Virus record (IMG/VR): IMGVR_UViG_3300021411_000010
Location: 1-47,296 of that record
Source: a virus
Taxonomy: Duplodnaviria > Caudoviricetes
Length of the DNA: 47,296 nt
Direction: 5' to 3' (one strand)
The notes under the pieces were generated by a model. The model saw only the letters and a list, made by a program, of their open reading frames with translations. It searched no databases and was not told the origin of the DNA. The translations under genes were made by a program, and so were the position numbers. This document shows, one piece after another, positions 35,888 through 42,959 of the stretch. Positions within the stretch are counted from its first letter, which is position 1, and every line of letters starts with the position of its first letter.

Positions 35888-36406
35888 ATGATTGTGAATG
35901 AAAAGGATGCCGCTAAGCGGTTAAACAGTCCTATGAATCTAATTAATAGATTAAAAAATTCAACAAGTTCTCGTAACAATGCTATGTCATTATTTGGTAT
36001 AGGAGTGTCGAAGCAGGACAGTGTAGAAGCAGGACAGTGTAGAAGTAGTGTAGAAGTAGAATTAGAATCACCTAAACCTAGTTTTAATCCATTCATTCCT
36101 CCTCCTCCAGAAACCAAACTAGAAGACATCTTAGATAATCATGACAGTCAAATCAAACTTGGTTTGGCTCACGATACAGCTTTAGAACTACTCAATGCTT
36201 CAGTAAAAATGTTATCTGGTAAACTTGATGATGTTAGAGCTGATAAGTTACCAGCAGTCATCTCAGCGGCATCGAAGACAGTTGAATCAATTAGAAAAGA
36301 ACGAGCTGAGTCTGCTAAGAATGGTAAGGATAGAGAAGTACATTATCATTTCTACACTCCTGAACAGAAGAAGGTTAGTGAATACAAGATTATCGACGTA
36401 ACATGA
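35888..36406 (+). CDS. Hypothetical helical protein, first gene of the late arm (possible small terminase)
   Basis: Helical oligomerisation-like C-half ending in a short beta strand; not adjacent to TerL, so the function is uncertain. Confidence 0.55.
   Translation: MIVNEKDAAKRLNSPMNLINRLKNSTSSRNNAMSLFGIGVSKQDSVEAGQCRSSVEVELESPKPSFNPFIPPPPETKLEDILDNHDSQIKLGLAHDTALELLNASVKMLSGKLDDVRADKLPAVISAASKTVESIRKERAESAKNGKDREVHYHFYTPEQKKVSEYKIIDVT
36004..36057 (+). repeat. Tandem AGTGTAGAAG(C/T)AGGAC repeat inside a CDS
   Basis: Units at 36004 (one mismatch) and 36020; truncated units at 36036 and 36047. Confidence 0.85.
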
Positions 36407-36416
36407 AAGGGAAAAA

Positions 36417-36776
36417 ATGCTAGCAGCAATGTCTGGAGTGGTAACTCCATTACAAGCAGCCGCAACCACCGGTGCCGGAACCGTATTAGCCATTCCCTCC
36501 TCTTTTAGAAACCATAGTTTCACAATTACAGGAACTGGAACAGTATCAGCTGGTGCCGTTACCATAGAAGCATCTATGGATAACGTAACGTGGGCACCAT
36601 TAATTCCAGTTGCTGGAACAACGGCTAACCCAAATCCGGCAACAGTAGTTAGCGGAGTAGACGTACTAATAAATTATGTTGGTATACTAAATTTTGTAAG
36701 AGGTAGAATATCTACAACAGTTACAGGAGCTGGTGGGTCTGTAAGTGTTAATTATTATGGTGGAAAGAATTATTAA
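36417..36776 (+). CDS. Putative virion beta-sandwich protein
   Basis: Thr/Gly/Val-rich; VTIEASMDNVTW...FVRGRIS. Confidence 0.6.
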   Translation: MLAAMSGVVTPLQAAATTGAGTVLAIPSSFRNHSFTITGTGTVSAGAVTIEASMDNVTWAPLIPVAGTTANPNPATVVSGVDVLINYVGILNFVRGRISTTVTGAGGSVSVNYYGGKNY

Positions 36777-36780
36777 CTAA

Positions 36781-37074
36781 ATGTTTCCTAATTATTCAGC
36801 AACAGAATTCTCATTGGTCTTAGGTGCCTTTGGAATCATTTGTGTTAACATAATCAATGCATGGAAACAGAACACTAAGTTAGATAATATAGGACAAAAA
36901 GCTGCTACTATTGAAGGTCATGTAAATAGTAAAGAAACTAAATATATAGAACAGATAACTGCATTAACTAGAGAGAATGAAATTCTTCGTTCGGTAATTA
37001 TAGATAAAGATAAGACAGCGGCTCTACTTGCTCAATCTGTTCTAATTGCAAGAAAGGCAGAGATGAAGCAATGA
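36781..37074 (+). CDS. Holin-like membrane protein (1 TM plus coiled coil)
   Basis: FSLVLGAFGIICVNIINAW transmembrane stretch followed by heptads. Confidence 0.5.
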   Translation: MFPNYSATEFSLVLGAFGIICVNIINAWKQNTKLDNIGQKAATIEGHVNSKETKYIEQITALTRENEILRSVIIDKDKTAALLAQSVLIARKAEMKQ

Positions 37075-37211
37075 ATATTCTCCTAGTCTTCGCATTCGTT
37101 CTCTTTGTTCTAGCAGCCTTTCCATATCCAGAACCTTACGAACCATATAGATTCAAATTGCTTTCAGCAGGACTAGCTTTCTGGGTTGGTTCGATGTTAT
37201 TTAAATTCTAA
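37071..37211 (+). CDS. Small two-TM membrane protein (46 aa; not in ORF track)
   Basis: MNILLVFAFVLFVLAAFPYPEPYEPYRFKLLSAGLAFWVGSMLFKF; ATGA coupling. Confidence 0.7.
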   Translation: MNILLVFAFVLFVLAAFPYPEPYEPYRFKLLSAGLAFWVGSMLFKF

Positions 37212-37212
37212 T

Positions 37213-38490
37213 ATGTCTGCTAAAGCAGTAGTTGTATACAACTCAGCAGGCCAACCAGTAAGAGAAGCTGAAGTCTTATTGGAAGATATGATTCTAGGCT
37301 TAACCAATTCTGATGGATATATTATATCTCCTAAACCTGGAGTTGTTGGACAAACATATGTAAGAGTTCTCTGTTCAGGATACCTTCCTGCTGTATATGC
37401 TATAACATTAGATAATGAAAATCAAGAGATTCATTTAGGTGGTCCGAATTCTAATACGGCAACTAATACAATCTATCTTCCTCCTCTTGGAGGCAGTAGT
37501 AATACTTTCCCTAATTATCCCACAAGAGAACAAGTGTGTAATGTCTTTTGTGGGTTTCAGGGTATTTCAATTCGCACACAACAATTTGGATGGATTAAAG
37601 CATTCGGTCCTGAAGCCGGTGCGTTAGATGATGAAGATACTATTAGTTATTGTCGTCAGATGAAACAACTCGGATTTACTCACGTTGAATTTGATATTTC
37701 ATGGCGTTACTCAGAACCAGATTTTAATTATCCAGTTCCTGGATTAGATTTAGCTTACAATCTCAATGAAGTTTGTCGTCGTATAGAACTAATCATTAAA
37801 CAGGGTATGTTTATTAAATTTTCATTAGCCGGTGATGGGATGTCTATTAATAGTACTCCACAACAAGGTGAATATAACGATCCTCAAGGATGGACATATG
37901 GGTTTCAATGGTTATTAAACAATTTAGAAAGAATTATTTTAGCATTACAAAATTATAATAATCATGATTTAACTAAATTTATTTGTTTCGTTCCAGGATA
38001 TGATGGAGTATTTTATGGATGGTCTGTTCCAAATGAAGTTCCAGATCTACAGCCAGCTAGAGTTATCAACTTTGGAAACTTCTTTCGCATCGTTTTACCA
38101 GATGGGAATCTAGGATTAGAACATTCAACAGGTAAGATTCCCGTAGGTGAAGACGGCATCGATTGGACAACAAATGGTCCACTTGATGCATATGATACAT
38201 TATTTAGTGAATTTAATCCATTCAACTTACATGAAGATTCAACGTGGCAAATTCTTGCACGATGTACTAGACCATATAATCGTCCTAATGATCAACCAGT
38301 AGATGATGATAATAATCCACCTTTTATTATCGAGCCTTGTTCAAGAGGACCAAGATTCTATATCATGTATGAATTACTAACTTATCTCTGGGTAAGAAAT
38401 CAGATTTCTATTGAAGATTGTAACAATGCTTATGATTATTTTAAATTCATGGCTCCAGCCGCAACACTTTGTATGATTCATCAAGAATGA
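37213..38490 (+). CDS. Ig-like/CarboxypepD-like N-domain plus putative glycoside-hydrolase-like barrel
   Basis: N-terminal GQPVREAEV...TNSDG...GYLP; MKQLGFTHVEFDISW resembles a clan GH-A strand; start at ATG 37213. Confidence 0.5.
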   Translation: MSAKAVVVYNSAGQPVREAEVLLEDMILGLTNSDGYIISPKPGVVGQTYVRVLCSGYLPAVYAITLDNENQEIHLGGPNSNTATNTIYLPPLGGSSNTFPNYPTREQVCNVFCGFQGISIRTQQFGWIKAFGPEAGALDDEDTISYCRQMKQLGFTHVEFDISWRYSEPDFNYPVPGLDLAYNLNEVCRRIELIIKQGMFIKFSLAGDGMSINSTPQQGEYNDPQGWTYGFQWLLNNLERIILALQNYNNHDLTKFICFVPGYDGVFYGWSVPNEVPDLQPARVINFGNFFRIVLPDGNLGLEHSTGKIPVGEDGIDWTTNGPLDAYDTLFSEFNPFNLHEDSTWQILARCTRPYNRPNDQPVDDDNNPPFIIEPCSRGPRFYIMYELLTYLWVRNQISIEDCNNAYDYFKFMAPAATLCMIHQE

Positions 38491-39728
38491 ATAATACCGA
38501 AATTCGTTCACAATTAGCGTTAGCGACCGATATTATTAACAGAGTAAGAGATTCATTTGAATCAGTTATAACTACAGAAGCCGAATTCGATACTGCTCTA
38601 GCCAGTTCTGCAGTAACAATTAATGTTAGCCCTGAATTCACATACTCTAAGCCATTAGTAATCAATAGATTAGTTAACATTAATAACGCTTCGTTGTTAT
38701 CATCATCAATAGCACGCGCAAATTTTACAGATAAACAACCAGTGTTTTCTGGTGGAATGATTGTACAAGCACAAGTCACAGGATATGGACTTGAAATACA
38801 TGGCACGGCGGATTCAGTTTTGAATATTAACGGCGCCGTTGGACCCCGATTCACTCAGTGTAAGATACTAGGTGATACAAATAAGCGAGGTATTAGAGCC
38901 AATGGTGGTAATATGGCTTTCATTGGCTGTTATATAGCTGGATTTAAAAGAATAGGGCAAGATACTCAAGCTATATTCACGTCTGATATGACTGCCCCTG
39001 GCTTACTAGTTGATAATTGTTATATCGAAGCCGCTGGCGAGAATTTCATGGCTGGTGGAGAAGATCCTAGTCAAGAAAGTCACATACCAAGTTTAATCAC
39101 ATTTAGAAATTGTGATTTCTCAAAAGATCCAAATTGGTATGCATTAGGGATACAATTAAAGAATACATTTGAATTAAAAAATGCTAAAGGAGTTCAAGTT
39201 CTAAATTGTAGGATGAAATACTCAGGTGGAATTTCAGAAGGTCAAGCTTCTGCATTCTTTGTATTCACACCTCGTAATCAGAGTACGACTGCTCCATACT
39301 CTACGATTGAGGATGTATTAGTTAAAGATTGTATTTGTGATATTGGTGGAGCTTGTATTGTAATGCAAGGTTCTGATAATAATGTTGGACATCCAAGTAG
39401 AACAATGAAAAATGTTATGTTTGATAATATTCATTTTACTAATATTGATCCATTGGGAATTACAAAAGGAACAGGACGAGCATTTACATTTTTACGTGCT
39501 CCTGAGAATATTACATTACAGAATATTACTGTAGGAGGTAAATTGAAAGCTGCAGGATATTTAATTGCACCAGCTCCAGTTAAGTTGACATTAAAGAATA
39601 TTAAGGTTCCTACTAGCACATATGATTGGAAGATTGATGCAGGTCTGTCTGGAATACCAGCATGGAAAACATTAATGCCGGATTCAACTATAGAAGTCAC
39701 ATTGGCAGACACAGGCTCAACGATTTGA
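38487..39728 (+). CDS. Right-handed parallel beta-helix (pectate-lyase-like) protein, possible depolymerase
   Basis: Repeats such as LLVDNCYIEAAGENFMAGG, ITFRNCDF, KNTFELKNAKGV, FTPRNQ and DVLVKDC. Confidence 0.75.
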   Translation: MNNTEIRSQLALATDIINRVRDSFESVITTEAEFDTALASSAVTINVSPEFTYSKPLVINRLVNINNASLLSSSIARANFTDKQPVFSGGMIVQAQVTGYGLEIHGTADSVLNINGAVGPRFTQCKILGDTNKRGIRANGGNMAFIGCYIAGFKRIGQDTQAIFTSDMTAPGLLVDNCYIEAAGENFMAGGEDPSQESHIPSLITFRNCDFSKDPNWYALGIQLKNTFELKNAKGVQVLNCRMKYSGGISEGQASAFFVFTPRNQSTTAPYSTIEDVLVKDCICDIGGACIVMQGSDNNVGHPSRTMKNVMFDNIHFTNIDPLGITKGTGRAFTFLRAPENITLQNITVGGKLKAAGYLIAPAPVKLTLKNIKVPTSTYDWKIDAGLSGIPAWKTLMPDSTIEVTLADTGSTI

Positions 39729-39735
39729 GGAAACA

Positions 39736-40074
39736 ATGAAAAGATTTTTTCTCAGTCTCTTATTTCTTCTAGTAGCTTCAGTAAGTTATGCTCAAGGTGC
39801 AACAGCTATATGGAATCAAGGAGAGACTGTAGCTGTAGCACAGACATTCACTTACACTTTGAAAATTGATGCTTTAGCTCCAGTACCATTAGTTACAACT
39901 TGTTCATTAGTAAATAATTTAACGAGTTGTCAGGCTACGTTTACATTACTCAATCCGTCAGCGTCACACACCTACGTGCTAACGGCATCGAATAATTTTG
40001 GATCTTTTTCTACTACATTAGGTCCAGGTTCTATTCCAATCACAACATTATTTAAAATTGTTATCATCGGTTAA
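39736..40074 (+). CDS. Secreted small Ig/Fn3-like protein
   Basis: Sec signal MKRFFLSLLFLLVASVSYA-Q; two Cys; HTYVLTASNNFG. Confidence 0.7.
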   Translation: MKRFFLSLLFLLVASVSYAQGATAIWNQGETVAVAQTFTYTLKIDALAPVPLVTTCSLVNNLTSCQATFTLLNPSASHTYVLTASNNFGSFSTTLGPGSIPITTLFKIVIIG

Positions 40075-41771
40075 TGCCTATTTCTATATCAAATGGTATT
40101 GTATCTTCAGATCCAGGAAATGGTTTATATGAGGACTTTCTTAGAGATAAAAATATTAAACCTCATACAGTTCAGGAAGAATTATTAACACTTCCAGATG
40201 AAGTCTTTGAAGCCCTTTATGGTGGTGCTGCCTATGGTGGAAAATCTTGGATTCTCACATTACTTCCTTTATTTCGTGGGTTCTATAAGTTTAGAGGATA
40301 TAAAGGTATCATTTTACGTAACAAATTCCCAGATCTTGAACGAGAAATCATACGATTAAGTAAGGAATATTATCCTAAAACTGGAGCTAAATATAATGAA
40401 CAGAAACATAGTTGGGAGTGGCCAGAAACAAATGCATATCAAGATTTTGGTCATGTACAGCATGCTGGTGATATTACTATGTACGATTCTAGTCAGTATA
40501 ACTATTGCGCCTTCGATGAACTTACCCATTTTTCAGCGTATCCATATCATTATATGGTTGGTAGCCGCGTTCGTCCTAGCAGTTCGTTCAATATTGCTAT
40601 TGTTAGGAACGGCTCCAATCCAGGTGGAATTGGACAAACATTCGTCTACAATAGATTTGTTAAACCATGTGAAGATGGACATCAAATAATAAGAGATGTT
40701 AGTACAGGATTATTAAGAATATTTATTCCAGCAAAAGCAGAGGATAATCCTTATGGAATGGAATATGATCCAACGTATGTTAAAAAACTTGAAATTCTTA
40801 AAGTCGTTTCTGAAGCGGAATATAAAGCAAAAAGATATGGTGACTGGCATGCTTATAAAGGATCAGTATTTACAACCTTCAGACCAATGCATTTTAGCGG
40901 TGAACCAGATAATGCATTGCATGTTATTAAACGATTCCAAATACCTGAATGGTGGCCGAGAATATTGTCTATTGACTGGGGTAAAAGAGCGATGTGTTAT
41001 GCAATGTGGGGAGCTATCGCACCAAATCATAGAGTGTACATTTATAGAGAACGGTCTTGGTATGGTAGAGACATCCCATATTGGGCTTCGGAAATAAGAG
41101 AAGTTAATGCTGAAAGTAATGAAATACCAATACATACTGTTCTATGTGGTAGTGCATGGCAAAATAGAGGCGGTGAACTCATCGCTAACGAATTTCAGAA
41201 GTATTCTGATTTGGTTCCAACATCATCAGAAAATACTCCTGGTAGCCGCGTAGCCGGATTGCAGCTTGTTCATGATATGTTAAGATGGGAAAAGAAAACA
41301 AATTTAAGAGCTAAAGGTGAATTCTTTGATATTGCACTTTCTCAAGAAATTTATAGAAATTTTGGACCAATAGCTTTAGAGAATTATAAGAAACAATTCT
41401 ATGACGAACCTGAGGAAGATAATCTTCCCATATTACAAATCTTCGAAGATTGTAAAATTTTAATAGAAACTATTCCAATGTGCATTTATGATGATAAGAA
41501 GATTGAAGATATCGCAGAATTTGAAGGAGATGATCCAATTGATGATCTTCGATATTTCTGCAAAGCTGCAAATAAGTTTCTTCTCGGTGAAATTGCAGGC
41601 TTAGATATAGCTGCTAAGAAACAACAAGTAATTGATTCATTAGCAACTAATGGTGATATGACAGCCTTTTATAGAAGAATGGAAGCTATTGAGAAACAAG
41701 ATATTGCTACAATGCAAGATTGTATTCCTATCAGTCGAAGAAGTAGATTTGCACGAAGGAGAACTCATTGA
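40074..41771 (+). CDS. terL: Terminase large subunit
   Basis: YGGAAYGGKS Walker A, AFDELTHF Walker B, SNPGG coupling motif, SIDWG and DDPIDDLRY nuclease motifs. Confidence 0.95.
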   Translation: MPISISNGIVSSDPGNGLYEDFLRDKNIKPHTVQEELLTLPDEVFEALYGGAAYGGKSWILTLLPLFRGFYKFRGYKGIILRNKFPDLEREIIRLSKEYYPKTGAKYNEQKHSWEWPETNAYQDFGHVQHAGDITMYDSSQYNYCAFDELTHFSAYPYHYMVGSRVRPSSSFNIAIVRNGSNPGGIGQTFVYNRFVKPCEDGHQIIRDVSTGLLRIFIPAKAEDNPYGMEYDPTYVKKLEILKVVSEAEYKAKRYGDWHAYKGSVFTTFRPMHFSGEPDNALHVIKRFQIPEWWPRILSIDWGKRAMCYAMWGAIAPNHRVYIYRERSWYGRDIPYWASEIREVNAESNEIPIHTVLCGSAWQNRGGELIANEFQKYSDLVPTSSENTPGSRVAGLQLVHDMLRWEKKTNLRAKGEFFDIALSQEIYRNFGPIALENYKKQFYDEPEEDNLPILQIFEDCKILIETIPMCIYDDKKIEDIAEFEGDDPIDDLRYFCKAANKFLLGEIAGLDIAAKKQQVIDSLATNGDMTAFYRRMEAIEKQDIATMQDCIPISRRSRFARRRTH

Positions 41772-42133
41772 TTCGATTCATTATGTTTCTTCTTGGTAAA
41801 CCTTATGAAACCTGTAAAAGTTGTGAAACTCTAAGAGCTCAATTAGCTTATGTAAATGATGAGAAGAGACAACTTACAGAAACACTTCTAAATATTGTTC
41901 AACCTAAGGTTGTAGAGTCTGCCCCAATAGAAATCAATCCAGTTATTTCAACATCTGGATTATTTAGTCGTAAGAGGGCAGCATTAGAAGCTAGGGATAG
42001 AGAAGAATCTAGAATACTTAGAGAATCTAAAAATTTAGGTAAACCTGATATTCTCATTTCTAAAAAAGATGAAAGTATTAAGAACTTAGAGAATGAATTA
42101 GGAATTGAAGAAGAGAAGGAGAAAGCAAACTAA
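41768..42133 (+). CDS. Hypothetical coiled-coil protein with CxxC
   Basis: CKSCETLRAQL; TTG start overlapping the terL stop. Confidence 0.65.
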   Translation: MIRFIMFLLGKPYETCKSCETLRAQLAYVNDEKRQLTETLLNIVQPKVVESAPIEINPVISTSGLFSRKRAALEARDREESRILRESKNLGKPDILISKKDESIKNLENELGIEEEKEKAN

Positions 42134-42363
42134 TGGCAAATGCGGCACCGGCTACTGTAACTGTTACTGGTTCTACAGGACCAGGACAAGCTGTTACTAC
42201 ACAGAAATTTACTGATGTTGTAGATATTGAATATGATTTTAATCGTAATGTGGTTAAACTTACACGATCCGGTGCCGGTGGCATCGTATATTATGATTAT
42301 TCAGCATTAACTACTATTACACAGGTTATTACTGCTGGTGTGACTACTATTGTGATGTCATAA
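42133..42363 (+). CDS. Small beta-rich protein (paralog A)
   Basis: Similar length, start, core and end to the next ORF. Confidence 0.7.
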   Translation: MANAAPATVTVTGSTGPGQAVTTQKFTDVVDIEYDFNRNVVKLTRSGAGGIVYYDYSALTTITQVITAGVTTIVMS

Positions 42364-42364
42364 G

Positions 42365-42601
42365 ATGGCAAATGTTCCTCTTACCAATGCTACTGTTAGA
42401 GTAACAGCTAAAGATATTAATAATAATAGTGTTGCCAAATTCTTTTCACAAGTAAAAAATATCAACTTCGATTACGCAGATGGTATGGTTAATGTCGTAG
42501 ATGTTACAGGTTCATTTTGGTTTCCACTAACTCCTATGACAACTCTAACCTATGTTATTGTTGCTAATCCTGGTGGGCAACATACTGTTGTAATGAGTTA
42601 A
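42365..42601 (+). CDS. Small beta-rich protein (paralog B)
   Basis: MAN...ATVxVT...KFxxVxxIxxD...TT.T.VI...T.VMS shared with paralog A. Confidence 0.7.
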   Translation: MANVPLTNATVRVTAKDINNNSVAKFFSQVKNINFDYADGMVNVVDVTGSFWFPLTPMTTLTYVIVANPGGQHTVVMS

Positions 42602-42604
42602 GTT

Positions 42605-42919
42605 ATGAGTAGTTGGAATAAATCTTCTTTAGCTTTTTCCGATGGGATGAGTCGTAATAATAGTATTCTAAAACCAAGAATATCTAAACAGAATTTTATG
42701 GAACATAAAATGTTTGGTTCTAAAAGAAAAGGAATATTAATTGGTAAGAATTTTAAAAAGGTTGGCAAAGGCATTATGAAAAGTTCCACATCAGGTGGAA
42801 AAATGCCAAAGTCATCTGGAATTAGTCCAGATATTGGTGAATTTGATAAGATGATGAGTTCAATTACTGGAGTAAAGAGTAATAAAAAATCTATGTTTAA
42901 TAGAAAGCAATTTGGTTAA
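42605..42919 (+). CDS. Small Lys/Ser/Gly-rich basic protein (start uncertain)
   Basis: Low-complexity basic ORF just before the portal gene. Confidence 0.5.
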   Translation: MSSWNKSSLAFSDGMSRNNSILKPRISKQNFMEHKMFGSKRKGILIGKNFKKVGKGIMKSSTSGGKMPKSSGISPDIGEFDKMMSSITGVKSNKKSMFNRKQFG

Positions 42920-42959
42920 ATTTCATAGTGATTAAGTTTCACAGTGACTGAAATACACA

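Noticed and set aside
40074-41771. Intein or intron in terminase (or polymerase)
   Set aside because: No C/S...HN splice motifs or homing endonuclease motifs. The ~50-aa extra segment in the nuclease domain looks like a simple insertion.
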